From Nitrospirota bacterium (GTDB taxonomy: Bacteria; Nitrospirota; UBA9217), in assembly GCA_963737155.1 (NCBI GenBank), contig CAVTRN010000002.1, forward strand, positions 1,152,001 to 1,216,000: a DNA stretch of 64,000 bases. The letters run 5' to 3'. How positions within the stretch are numbered: the first letter of the stretch is position 1; every line of letters starts with the position of its first letter. The notes beneath the pieces were generated by a model. It saw only the letters and a program-made list of their open reading frames with translations. It searched no databases and had not been told where the DNA came from. This document shows positions 49,265 through 60,270 of the stretch, one piece after another. Made by a program: the position numbers and the translations under genes.

Positions 49265-51592
49265 ATGATCATACAAGGTAATGTGAGCGGAAAACGTGTC
49301 TCTTCGAAAAACCTCGAAGAACAGATTCAGAAGGCCATCAGGGATGGAGCCAAAGATCTGGCCATCGTCGCCGATGGCCAGCACGGTATTGGCGGACGTA
49401 TATGGTCGCGCGGAGAGAAGGTCCGGGTGACCATCGAAGGTACCTCGGGGCAGCGCGTCGGTAGCATGGGCATGGAAGGCACGGAAATCCTCGTTAAAGG
49501 TTCGTCGTCCGATGACGTCGGATGGCTCAATTGCGGCGCAATCATCACAGTCCTTGGCGACGTGTCGAACGGCGCGCACAACGCAGGCGCCCAGGGCAAG
49601 CTCTATGTCCAAGGCGGCGGTGGTGCGCGGTGTGATACCATGACCAAGAAGAACCCGCGCTTCCCCGATCTTGAATCTTGGTATTTCCGGAGCGTGGGCG
49701 ATTCCTTTGCTGAGTTCAAGGCGGGCGGTATCGCCGTGGTCTGCGGTGTGGAGCCCCGGGACTCAGAAAGCATTCTTGGATACCGTCCCTGCGTAGGCAT
49801 GGTCGGCGGCACGATCTATTTTCGCGGCGCCATCAAGGAATACAGCAAGGCGGACGTTAAACTTTCAGATCTGACGGAGCAGGACTGGGAGTGGCTGACG
49901 CAGAACATGATGCCCTATCTCACCGCCATTGACCGCATGTCCTATTACCAGGAACTCACGAAGGAAATGAATTCCTGGAAGAAACTAATTGCATACACCC
50001 CTGCCGAGAGGACGAAAGCCAAAGGCAAACTCAAGATGGGACTCACCGAGTTTCGTACGAATGTGTGGGAGAAGGAAGTGGGCAGGGGCGGCATGTTCGG
50101 CGCATATCTCACCCATGACCGTTCTGTGCTTCCCTACATCACCACCGGCGAGGAGCGGCGTTGGAAGCCGCTGTGGACGAACGACAAATATCTTCCTCCC
50201 TGCGCTTTTGCATGCCCGTCGCGCATCCCGTCGCACAAGCGCGCGAGCCTGATCAGGCAAGGACGGACCGCCGAGGCTCTTGCCCTCGTGCTCCAGTACA
50301 GTCCTCTCCCTGCCACAGTCTGCGGCACGATCTGCCCTAATCTCTGTATGGACGATTGCACGCGCGGAAGGGTTGACGAACCGCTCAACATCAAGGAATA
50401 CGGTTCAGCGGCGTTAAACCTCAAAGCTCCGAAAAAGGCGAAAGCAACAGGCCATTCCATCGCAATTATCGGAGGTGGCCCCGGCGGCCTTTCAACGGCT
50501 TGGCAACTCGGTCTCAAAGGACATACCGTTGACCTCTTTGAAGCATCGGACAGAATCGGCGGCAAGATCGAAATGTGTATTCCCCGCGAGCGCCTGCCCA
50601 AGAAGATTCTGGATAAGGAACTGGCGCGGTTTGCCGAAATCGGCGTGAACGTCTGTACTAAAACTCTGGTTGACAAGAAGAAGTTCGAGAACATCTACAA
50701 GAACCACGATGTGGTGGTTATCGCTGTCGGCGCCCATGAAGGACGGGTAATTCCGTTCCCAGGCCACGAAGATGTGGTGAAGGGCATCGATTATCTGAAG
50801 GAAATAAACTTTGGCAAGCCGAAGAACCTGAAAGGCAAAAAAATCGTCGTGATCGGCGCGGGCAACGTAGGCATGGACATCGCCTGTCAAGCATGGGACC
50901 ACAATGCAGAGAGCGTCATCTGCGTTGACATCCAGAAGCCGGCGGCCTTCGGCAAGGAGATGGAACTGGCCGCATCCAGGGGGACCAAGGTGCTGTTCCC
51001 GAAAGTGACCGCGAAGTACGATGCTAAGGCCAAAAAGATATTTTTCAAGGATGGAACTGATCTCGACGTGGACATGGTGATCGTCTCCATTGGAGACAAG
51101 CCGGTGCTCGATTTTCTACCCCCCTCCATCAACTCGGAGCGCGGCTATATAGCTGTGAACGACCTGGGCCAGACATCTGACGTCAAGGTCTTCGCTATCG
51201 GAGATGCTACCAATCCGGGCCTCGTGACCCATGCCATCGGCCAGGGCAAGGTAGCCGCAGACAAGATTCATTCGCTGCTCATGAATACGGACTATGCGGC
51301 TGAAGAGCGCCGCATGATCCCTTACGAGAGAATCAAGACCGAATACTACGAGGTCTGCCGGCTTGAAGACATAAAGTTCTCGCCAAAGAAGGAAGCGAAC
51401 CGTTGCATGTCCTGCGGGTCCTGCCGGGACTGCGGCATGTGCGAGCAGTCCTGCTATTACGGCGCTATCACACGGAAGAAACTGACAAATAAATCGTTCG
51501 AGTACGTGGTTGATGAGGACAGGTGCATTGGATGCGGTTTCTGCGCAGGCATATGCCCGTGCGGCGTTTGGGAGATGGTGGAGAACGTTTAA
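49265..51592 (+). CDS. GXGXG (GltB3) domain fused to a GltD-like FAD/NAD(P) oxidoreductase and a C-terminal ferredoxin
   Basis: Gly-rich beta-helix repeats, C...CP / CG.ICP..C...C, GGGPGG, GAGNVGMD, CMSCGSCRDCGMC, CIGCGFCAGICP. Confidence 0.88.
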   Translation: MIIQGNVSGKRVSSKNLEEQIQKAIRDGAKDLAIVADGQHGIGGRIWSRGEKVRVTIEGTSGQRVGSMGMEGTEILVKGSSSDDVGWLNCGAIITVLGDVSNGAHNAGAQGKLYVQGGGGARCDTMTKKNPRFPDLESWYFRSVGDSFAEFKAGGIAVVCGVEPRDSESILGYRPCVGMVGGTIYFRGAIKEYSKADVKLSDLTEQDWEWLTQNMMPYLTAIDRMSYYQELTKEMNSWKKLIAYTPAERTKAKGKLKMGLTEFRTNVWEKEVGRGGMFGAYLTHDRSVLPYITTGEERRWKPLWTNDKYLPPCAFACPSRIPSHKRASLIRQGRTAEALALVLQYSPLPATVCGTICPNLCMDDCTRGRVDEPLNIKEYGSAALNLKAPKKAKATGHSIAIIGGGPGGLSTAWQLGLKGHTVDLFEASDRIGGKIEMCIPRERLPKKILDKELARFAEIGVNVCTKTLVDKKKFENIYKNHDVVVIAVGAHEGRVIPFPGHEDVVKGIDYLKEINFGKPKNLKGKKIVVIGAGNVGMDIACQAWDHNAESVICVDIQKPAAFGKEMELAASRGTKVLFPKVTAKYDAKAKKIFFKDGTDLDVDMVIVSIGDKPVLDFLPPSINSERGYIAVNDLGQTSDVKVFAIGDATNPGLVTHAIGQGKVAADKIHSLLMNTDYAAEERRMIPYERIKTEYYEVCRLEDIKFSPKKEANRCMSCGSCRDCGMCEQSCYYGAITRKKLTNKSFEYVVDEDRCIGCGFCAGICPCGVWEMVENV

Positions 51593-51725
51593 AAATGACT
51601 TCGCCTTTCGGGGAGAAGGGTGTGTTAGGGGAGACCATTTCTGAACATAGCATTTTATCACAAACAGCTATGAGCAGAATGATAACCTCCTTGTCATATT
51701 CGAATAGAATTGATTCGGATTGTAG

Positions 51726-52139
51726 CTACTTCAGCAGCAGCATCGAGAACAAGGCTAGGATAATGCCGATACCCTGCTTCATCGTTATTGTTTCGTTCAG
51801 CAGAATGAACGAAAGGATGATCGAAACAGCAGGATAAAGAGCGGTAAAGGTAATGACAATCGCAGCCTCTCCTCTGCTCATGGCTTGGAGAAAAAGCAGT
51901 CCGCCGAGAGAACTGCATACGCCGGCAACTAGGGCAAAGAACCCTCCTTCAAAATTCAGGGAAAGCGGAAATTGACTCGTTGACAGAATGACGAGAACAA
52001 CCGACAGGGCGCCAAGCGAGGAAATGAAATAGACGCTTCGCGGCAGCATCTGGTTCGTGGCCAGCTTTTGAAACACTCCCCAAAATCCCCACAAAATCAA
52101 GGCAAGCGCTGCGGGTACGAGCCATGGCGTTCTTGTCAT
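51726..52139 (-). CDS. EamA/DMT-family transporter (single repeat)
   Basis: Five TM segments, WGFWG..K, ALYPAV..LS...LNE. Confidence 0.85.
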   Translation of the reverse strand: MTRTPWLVPAALALILWGFWGVFQKLATNQMLPRSVYFISSLGALSVVLVILSTSQFPLSLNFEGGFFALVAGVCSSLGGLLFLQAMSRGEAAIVITFTALYPAVSIILSFILLNETITMKQGIGIILALFSMLLLK

Positions 52140-52601
52140 CGCCTTTGTCCTCCTCTGATATCATAATGGTTCGATGGAGAAAAAAGCTCCGCCAGAAGCC
52201 GGTATCAAACACCGTGAATGTATGTAGGCTTCACTTGGCGGTGCTTTGCTTAAATGTCACGGCAAAGTAATTTATTCGTCGCAGAAAAGCCAAGCAGGTT
52301 AAGCAAAAGATCAGTACTGTCATCAGATACTAATGCTTTGCCGCCGGCGGGCATTGTTTGAAAATCAGACTCTTTAGCAGGACCAACTATTCTTTGTTAA
52401 AAATATGACAGAAGTGAACATGCAACCACTTTGAGTTAAAGCAATACTTGACTATTTGCTTGCGCCCAGCGCCTTATATCCCTGCTCTGAAGATACTCGG
52501 TCTCACGGCGCGGGTGACAATCTAAAGAACTCTACCCGCCAAGGAAAGGTTACGCTGGCATTATCCAGAAGGGAAGTATTCCCAGGCCCTGTGCATTGAT
52601 T

Positions 52602-53795
52602 TCATAAGCCTGTCCGTTCGCGAGCCTCATATCCCTGCGCTTCCAGGTCCCTGGCTATTTGGTCGAGGTGCTGCTTTCCTCGGATCTCGAGTGTCACGAT
52701 CACCCTGGCCTTTCCGTAAGGAAGTCCACCTGCGAGACGATCATGGATGATATCTAGGACGTTTGCCCTGCGCGCAGCGACAATACCTGTCAATTTGTGC
52801 AGGCTCCCTGCGATATCATCGATCGTCACTTCAATGATGCCAACCCGACCACTTGTTCCCAGACCTTTGCGGATGATCCTGTCCATAATGGTGAAATCAA
52901 CATTTCCGCCGCTCACTATAAGGACCACTCGCTTGTTCCGGTAGCGCTCCTTCATTTCCAGAAATGCTGCAAGCGGGGCCGCCCCCGCGCCTTCGACAAC
53001 CAGCTTCTTCCGCTCGAGGAACAGGAGTATCGACATTGCGATCTTTTCTTCCGAAGCCAGAACCATATCGTCGACGTAGCGCAAAATCAATTCGAAGGTT
53101 TTCTCGCCAAGTCTATTGACCGAAATTCCGTCCGCGATTGAAGGAAGTGGAACCCGGTCCACGATTATTTTGTCCTTGAACGAGAGTGCGGCAGCGGGAG
53201 CGGATTCGGTCTGGACGCCGATTACCGCCGTTCCGGGAGACACGGTTTTGAGTGCCGTTGCGATGCCGGCGATTAGCCCCCCACCTCCGACAGGAACGAA
53301 CACCGCATTAATTTCGCCGAGATCCTCATGAATCTCGATGCCGATAGTCCCCTGTCCTGCTATGACGAGGTCGTCATCAAAGGGGTGGATGAAGATGCTG
53401 TCCTTTTGAGACAGCGCATACTCAAGCGTCTCGCTGAACCGCTCTCCGACGAGATTGACTTCGGCGCCGTAACCCCTAGTGGCTTCTTCCTTGATGATCG
53501 GCACCGTAAGAGGCATGATGATCCGCGCGCGTTTCCCGAGTTTTTGTGCCGCAAAAGCAACGGCTTGGGCATGGTTGCCCATAGACGCCGCGATCACCCG
53601 CTTCTCGCTTACACGGCTCATTTTATTGAATGCGCCGCGCACCTTGAAGGATCCGGTTTTCTGAAGGTTTTCGAGCTTAAGATAAACCTCTGCCCCCGAC
53701 AGTTTGCTGAGTGAGCTCGAATAAAACAACGGGGTCTTATGAATGAACGGCGCCAGGTTCATACGAGCATCTTGTATGTCCTTCAGGGTAATCAT
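52602..53795 (-). CDS. ilvA: Threonine ammonia-lyase with C-terminal ACT domain
   Basis: KLENLQKTGSFKVRGA, ASMGNHAQ, PVGGGGLI, EGAGA, SGGN. Confidence 0.95.
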   Translation of the reverse strand: MITLKDIQDARMNLAPFIHKTPLFYSSSLSKLSGAEVYLKLENLQKTGSFKVRGAFNKMSRVSEKRVIAASMGNHAQAVAFAAQKLGKRARIIMPLTVPIIKEEATRGYGAEVNLVGERFSETLEYALSQKDSIFIHPFDDDLVIAGQGTIGIEIHEDLGEINAVFVPVGGGGLIAGIATALKTVSPGTAVIGVQTESAPAAALSFKDKIIVDRVPLPSIADGISVNRLGEKTFELILRYVDDMVLASEEKIAMSILLFLERKKLVVEGAGAAPLAAFLEMKERYRNKRVVLIVSGGNVDFTIMDRIIRKGLGTSGRVGIIEVTIDDIAGSLHKLTGIVAARRANVLDIIHDRLAGGLPYGKARVIVTLEIRGKQHLDQIARDLEAQGYEARERTGL

Positions 53796-53837
53796 GGGAT
53801 GCCTTTCCGAGGATGCAATTGAACCGGGTGAGAATAA

Positions 53838-54174
53838 CCGTTCCTAAAAACATAGTATTTTATTTCTCATAACTATGACGGCAGCCGAACAGTGCTGCTG
53901 CCGGTTAACGTCAGGGATTCCCGCTCTGATTCGCCCAAGTCCCGTTGTTTGTTGATCGGGATTGCTTCCGGCGCCTTTTCAGTAAGACTGCTGCTGGCAG
54001 GTGGCCCGGAGAATTGCGCTGTCGACGGGGTGATGGCTTCTTCTGCAATTCAGCGCAGCCTGGGGAGTCCTGTAAGGACCGTCGTTGGTAGAGACTGTGA
54101 TGATTTCCACAACCTCCCCGAGTCTTCATCTTGCTCCAAAACTTCCAGATGTGCTCCTCTCGATTCCTTACAGG
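53838..54174 (-). ncRNA. Putative omegaRNA scaffold of IS607 copy 2
   Basis: Same stems and the same 337-nt span as 18538..18874; CCTGTAAGGA/TCCTTACAGG pairs perfectly here. Confidence 0.65.
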
Positions 54175-55523
54175 TAGAGGGGAGGCGGTTCTGCCTGGTA
54201 TGGGAGACTCGGGATATCCTTGAACTCTTCTCGCGATAGCAAGCGCCGCTGCTTCATGCGGCGAGATGCCATGAAAAGACATGGGTCAAGCATGTTTAAA
54301 AAGGTGGAATAGGCGAACCCGGACAGCATCCGCGCATACGTTACTCCCTGTTCCTTAAGAGATGCTTTCTTCTTTTCGAAGTCAAGAGTTTCATGAGCGA
54401 CGGGTTTCCCGGTTTTAATTGACCGGTCGATAATGCCGACGCAGATATCACCGTAAGTTGCCTTGGTCTGTTCCGTGGTTCTGTCTTTTATACATGCAGG
54501 ATACGTTGTGTGCCAGACAAGATTGCCGAACCGGTCAGTCTCGGAAACAGCAATCTCTTTTTCGTTTGCATCTACGCCAATACATCCGATTTCTTGCGGT
54601 TTCCCGGTAATTGTTTCTCTTTGGGGGATATCAACTGAAGAATACAGATACCAACCCTTCTCGCCACGGACAAACCGGTGGGTGATTGCCTGGCTGCGCA
54701 GGAGTGCCTGCTCAATATATTCCTGCCCGTAAGGATATGTTACGGTAGGCACCATGATGTGTTTACCGTATTTTTTGGCAAGATAGTTTGGGACCCGTAT
54801 CCTGAGCGACCCGTCGATGCCAAGCGTGCAGGTCTGGTTGCCGGCCGTTTCATCCTTCGATCCCAGACAAAACGATGAAGAGCTTCGGGCAGCCTTCCAG
54901 GCAGACAGCCAGTTATTGTGGGATTTATAACCGTTTTCAGAAAGGTTAAACTGCTTGTGGAAAAGTTTCTTTGTCCCAAAGCAAATCCTGATTCGGCCTT
55001 TGTCCAAATCGTATTTCAGCTTTTCCAGTTTCTGCTCCGATGAATGGAGCTTCCGTTTTTTGTTATGGACCGCAAACCGGAGAGACTTCACGCTGGTCGT
55101 TTTCTCATATTCGGACAATTCCGTGTCTTTGCGTATGTCAATGATACTGTTCTCTCTGGTTTTAATCCATTTTCTCGCAGATTTTATTTTGTGCTCGAGC
55201 TTTTCAATCCGTAGTTTTAATACCTCAACCGCGGAGCTGATATTGCCGTCAAGATCGTAGCGGATAGCGTTAAACTGCCGGGCGGTGATACCATACCTGA
55301 CAAGATACTCATTTTTGAATGAAATGGGTTTGTTGCCGGAACGAACGCTGTCTTTAAAGAGAGAGCGTTTGATGTGCCCGTATGAGTCGCCGATATCGTC
55401 AAGAACATGATAAAGAGACTTCTTTGTGTCCAGGTAAGACATGTCAATCAGCAAAGTTTGAGCGGTAAAAGAAAGTGCTTCACTTTTGCCGCTCTTGCCC
55501 ATTTTATCCTTATTACTTGCCAT
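53911..55523 (-). pseudogene. tnpB: TnpB-related gene with a ~76-nt frameshifting deletion near 54283
   Basis: Colinear with 17110..18801. The segment equivalent to RRAAKHG...VNPAFTT...FNY is missing; HEAAALAIARR continues in another frame. Confidence 0.88.
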
Positions 55524-56079
55524 TTTCCATGGCCTCCAGAGCTTTTTTTGCTTTATTGGCCGCTGACCGGCGTCCGTAGAGCCTTGCGCAAAACGATGTC
55601 AATACTTCAATCATGTCCAGCACCAGATCGTCCTTACGTTCGGTCTGGTCTACAATAATAAGTTGACGACCTTGAGCTCGAAGTGCCGATTCTACATACT
55701 CAGATCCAAACCGCATAAGCCGGTCACAATGCTCGATGACAATAATACTGACGTTGGAGTCGGCAAGCAGCTTCATGAGTTTTGGCCTGTGCCCATTAAG
55801 ACCAGATCCAACCTCAGATACCGCTTTTGAAACTGACAACCCTTTGGAAGCGGCATATACGGAAAGCCGCCCGAGCTGCCCGTCCAGGTCTTTCTTTTGG
55901 TCATGACTGGATACCCGGGCATAAAGAGCAACAGAACCTTGGGCAGTTTTCTGCTCTTTTATAATGATGGTTCCGGTAGGCATCTGCTCAGCCTCAACCG
56001 GCAGCTTGCCAGCCTTCCACCATTTCCATGCCGCTTGATAGGTTATACCTTGTTGCTTTGCCCATACGCTTAGCTTCAT
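55513..56079 (-). CDS. tnpA: IS607-family serine recombinase transposase TnpA
   Basis: N-terminal MerR-like HTH, YARVSS catalytic motif, EVGSGLN..R, DRLMRFG, SFCARLYGRR. Confidence 0.96.
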   Translation of the reverse strand: MKLSVWAKQQGITYQAAWKWWKAGKLPVEAEQMPTGTIIIKEQKTAQGSVALYARVSSHDQKKDLDGQLGRLSVYAASKGLSVSKAVSEVGSGLNGHRPKLMKLLADSNVSIIVIEHCDRLMRFGSEYVESALRAQGRQLIIVDQTERKDDLVLDMIEVLTSFCARLYGRRSAANKAKKALEAMENGK

Positions 56080-57329
56080 AAATACATTATATCATATAAA
56101 ATTATATTATACAATATAAATATTAACAGTATTCCACCCTCATACAGAACCAAAGTACGTGTTCATGGGCCATTGAAACATTGATGAAAATCCCGTTGCG
56201 CCCAGGCCGATAGTTTCTGGCCTCGCTCCGCAGTGAACGCAAGAACCTTTTATTAAAAAATATAGAACTTATTTACCGTATTATTGCTGAACTTGAAACC
56301 ATTAAAAGCGATTCTGATGCCCCGCAATGCTTTAGTCTTTAATGCGTTTAATTTATGTTCATCTTATACTGCACGTTATGGCTTGTCAAGGTTAGTGGAT
56401 AAATCCTCTGCGATTTGGAGAAAAAACCGGGAAAAGTACTGATGATGTTGCCATGCTAAGACCTAGTGCGGAAAAACCACGAAAACATCTTCTCCAATCA
56501 TAGCTGGTTCGAATAAATGCTTTGATTTAGGAAAGGTACGAGAATGTTGTAAAGGTCGATGAGATGAAATAAATTTGTTACTACAAAAGCTTCAATCTGT
56601 CAAAAGGATGATCATGCGGACAGGATGGGGTGCAAAAAACGTCGGTTGCTTCGATTGCGGCGGAGATTGTCAATGTCTCAGGAGGTGGCCATTTTTGCAC
56701 ACATTATGAAAATTGTCGTGCCCTGGACGTAGACGTACTAGCGCAATACGATGAGTGCAGCAGGGGAGCTGCCATCAAATATAGGATAAACTCCTCACAC
56801 ACGGCAAGATTGTTTGCGTGCGCTGGATGAACAGCTCGCAAAAGGGCGGGAGGCGCTAAGGAAGTTCAGCTATGCTGAAAGGCAGGAGAACACACGGGCT
56901 ATGCTATTGTAAAGGTGAAGGACCATAGGGAGGCGGCCCGTGGCCTTGTTACCGGAATCATTCTGAATATAACGAGGATCATTGACGTTGCCATTTTAGC
57001 TCCTGAAGCAGTCAAATCGCTGCACACAAAAACTGTTTGGCAAAGATCGCCAAGACGAAAGGACGGTCCTGTACGGATGAGATTCTTAATCATCGGGACT
57101 TTATTGTTTCAATGCGGCAGGCGTGAAGCAGTATTCGGGGGGGCATCCTTGACATGTTGCCAATGTGGTGATAGGTATTAAAAAAATGGGATGATTCGTT
57201 CAAGCCTAGCTTTTATCAAGACGGGGCGGAAAGAAGCGGAACCTTACTCTCCGGCAATCTGCATTGCAGCTAGGCGGACGGATGATATGAGACTTCGCAT
57301 GTCTATTTTAATTCTGAGAGGAGAAAACA

Positions 57330-58304
57330 ATGGCTACTGTCGAAGAAAAAAGAAAACTGTGAAACCATCGCCCGACTTCCCCTTCGAGAGAAGATACGTC
57401 TCTGTTGGAGGATATCGGATCGGTTACGTAGAATCGGGGGAAGGAGACCCTGTCCTTTTTATCCATGGAAATCCTACCTCATCCTACCTGTGGAGAAATA
57501 TCCTTCCTAAGGTAGCCAGCGACACCGGCTGCCGGGGGATTGCCCTCGACTTGTTGGGGTTCGGCGGATCGAATAAGCCCGTTGAGGTGGACTACAGCAT
57601 CCGGCTTCATGCCGATATCGTCAAAGGTTCCATCGAACAACTAGATATAAAGAAGCTTGTCCTTGTGCTTCATGGTTGGGGTGGTCCGCTAGGTGCTGCT
57701 TACGCAATAAACCATCCCGAAAATATTCGAGGTATTGCATTTATGGAGACTTTCCTTTGGCCTCTCGTGTGGAAAGATTTCGGCAACCATGCGGCGGGGG
57801 TCAAGTTGTTCCGCTCACCGTTAGGGCGCCTGCTGATCCAGGTTATGAACATATTCGTGAATTATGTGATGCATGCGGTGGTCATGCGAAAGGACAATAT
57901 GACGGAGGAAGTTATGCATCATTACCGCGAACCGTTCACGACCATCGGTTCACGCAAAGCTATCAGGGCTTTTTCAAAACTCCTTCCCATTGAAGGCAAA
58001 CCGATGGATAGCGATGCATTCCTCGAGGATATTCAGCAAAGACTTCAGATCATTAAGGCCCGGTTCTCTGGATTAAGGCAATTCCGGGTTACCTGCTCTC
58101 GAACGACGCAGAATACCATCTGCATCTTCTCTAGGGCCAGCTTCCTCAACTTACCATCAAGGACTTTGGCCCAAGCCTCCATTATCTTCAGGAGGAGAAG
58201 CCGGAAAGGTTGCTGATCTGATCACGGAATGGCTGCGCCAGAGCAAGATGGACGGCGAGGAATGGAAATATGTGAAGCCGAAAATCTTCAGACATGCGGC
58301 ATGA
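57330..58304 (+). pseudogene. Haloalkane dehalogenase-family alpha/beta hydrolase pseudogene
   Basis: HGNPTSSYLWRN; nucleophile motif reads HGWGG instead of HDWGG. Frameshifts after MATVEEK, before PVLWIKA and after HYLQEE; internal TAG. Confidence 0.85.
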
Positions 58305-58518
58305 TAGTCTACAGTGACTGTCGGGAAAGCATCTGTTGCAGTTCCGTAAGCATGTCTCTCTTTCCTTGAGATGCGATTGAACGCTGTCACTTAGGCCTTA
58401 TTTTCAAATTCCATTGAATATAATATGTCGTAAATGTTGCTATTACACAATTAAATATTGAATAGTTGAGAAGCCTGAGAATGTCTGTTCATCCATAAAA
58501 ACGTGCAGTGCAAACGGC

Positions 58519-59055
58519 CTATTTGCCATGGCCAGAGTGACCTCCTCCGGAAGCATCGAGGTTCAGCTCGACGTTTCTGTCCAGTGTTATGTATGTTATC
58601 ACCTTCCCGTTCTTCAGGGAGTAGGAGATGTTCAGTACATCGGCTTGGCCGAGTTCATAAGGAATATACAACGGCCGTATTTCATAGCCGATGGTACCGC
58701 CGCTGTCATCGGGAATCCTGCGAAGAGGGGTTTGCCAGACATCATAGGTACTGCATCTCAGGAAGGACTTGGCTTTTGCGAGCGCCTGCTCGGCACTTAG
58801 TCCTTTTATCGTCTTATAGGAGGCGTCAAGATCGAATATTTCTAGCGGGTATTTGCTTCCCTCTTCAACGGCAAAGGCTGCGTTTTTAACATCAGAGGGA
58901 TAGAAGCAGCCATAGAGGAGGAGAGTATAGGTCCCTCTCATTTCAGCGGGGATCGCTGCCTCGGGAATCAAGCGCTTCCCGGGAACACAAGCGCCCACCG
59001 CTATAGTTAGCAACAAGACTACTGATACTGAAACAAATGGGCTGATCTTTATCAT
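58519..59055 (-). CDS. Putative lipoprotein
   Basis: Signal peptide with VGAC lipobox; GAGG RBS. Confidence 0.7.
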   Translation of the reverse strand: MIKISPFVSVSVVLLLTIAVGACVPGKRLIPEAAIPAEMRGTYTLLLYGCFYPSDVKNAAFAVEEGSKYPLEIFDLDASYKTIKGLSAEQALAKAKSFLRCSTYDVWQTPLRRIPDDSGGTIGYEIRPLYIPYELGQADVLNISYSLKNGKVITYITLDRNVELNLDASGGGHSGHGK

Positions 59056-59853
59056 GCTCATCCACCTCATTACCGATTTCGAAAATGTGTTTGTAGGCCA
59101 TCTCGACTCAAATATATTATACCTCTTCGATTTACTGGAGTACATGAACGTTCAACGTCAAAGAAGTTATCATACTTTAGATCGAAATAGATCACTTCCC
59201 ATAATGATTATTGACCTTGGGCTCGATTTCCGTCTGATGATATACACTACCTTGGTAGGTCAGGCTCTTGTCCGGGAAATCAAGTCTGTCAGGGAGCTGT
59301 TGACTCACTGACCCGCTAAAAGGCTCGTTAAAAAATATTTAACAGAGATATCGTAAAATAGAATGACGCTGTAAACCGACAAGCGGGTGCTTGTAACAGA
59401 CGATTCCCGGACGAAAAAAATGCTTCCTATTTACCATCAGGTCAAATGGGCGCCGCGGACGGAAGATAACCGAGGCGGTGGACAACGCATACGCTCTGGA
59501 ACGGGGTGGAAGATGCAGCAGGTAAATTTGATACTTGCGGTTGTCTATATGTCCGAAGTGGACTGCGTCGGGCAGAATGGGCGGAACATAAGACATTGAC
59601 GCGGGAAATGCCGAACATCGGCATCACCACACGGGCAGCGCGATAGGATATTGGAGCAAACGATACTTTTACGGAGCCGGTTGATATTCGCAGTTCCGGT
59701 GGGCAGAGGAACGCGACTGTATGACGGGAATTATGTCTCCCAAAGTCAATTCAAAGTGAATTTGCAAAAAATGATAAACTAATAATATATAGCCAGTAAG
59801 GTTCAAAGTGAATCTTAATGACGTGCAATCGTTCGGAAAGGGGATTTGCCGAT

Positions 59854-60270
59854 ATGTCAAAAAATCGATTAGTGAAGCTGATTCTGCTTCTGGTCTTGTC
59901 AGCCCTGGTTACAACAAGTTGTTATCGTACGCCTGAACAGCGGGCGGAATATATTGTCAAGCGCATGTCGACGGATTTGAAGTTGAACAATGCTCAGACG
60001 GCTCAGTTGGAGAAGATCAAAGACGAGTTTATGGCCAGGCGGCCTGGAATGGTAAAAATGCGTGAAGAGACAGTGGAAGAATCGAACGATCTGATGAGAA
60101 GTCCAGAAATAGACAAGGCTAAACTGGACGCTCTGACTGAGAAAAACATTGCGCAGGCTGCTGATATGATCCGGTTTATCTCCGCGAAATTTTTAGAGAT
60201 TCACGACATGCTTACCCCGGAACAGAGAGAGAAACTGGTATCTAATATCGAGAAATACACGAATCACTGA
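59854..60270 (+). CDS. Spy/CpxP-family (LTXXQ) periplasmic protein, likely a lipoprotein
   Basis: TTSC lipobox-like site; LKLNNAQ and LTPEQR motifs. Confidence 0.82.
   Translation: MSKNRLVKLILLLVLSALVTTSCYRTPEQRAEYIVKRMSTDLKLNNAQTAQLEKIKDEFMARRPGMVKMREETVEESNDLMRSPEIDKAKLDALTEKNIAQAADMIRFISAKFLEIHDMLTPEQREKLVSNIEKYTNH

Larger units (their letters stand above)
53838..56136 (-). mobile_element. IS607-family element copy 2 (intact tnpA, tnpB broken by a deletion)
   Basis: Minus-strand left junction GAGGG|T, AT-rich left end, overlapping tnpA-tnpB, right end ...AGGAACGG. Confidence 0.9.

Noticed and set aside
56312-56330. Third MITE copy (GATGCCCCGCA)
   Set aside because: Only an 11-nt match, with no hairpin or TCAC end.
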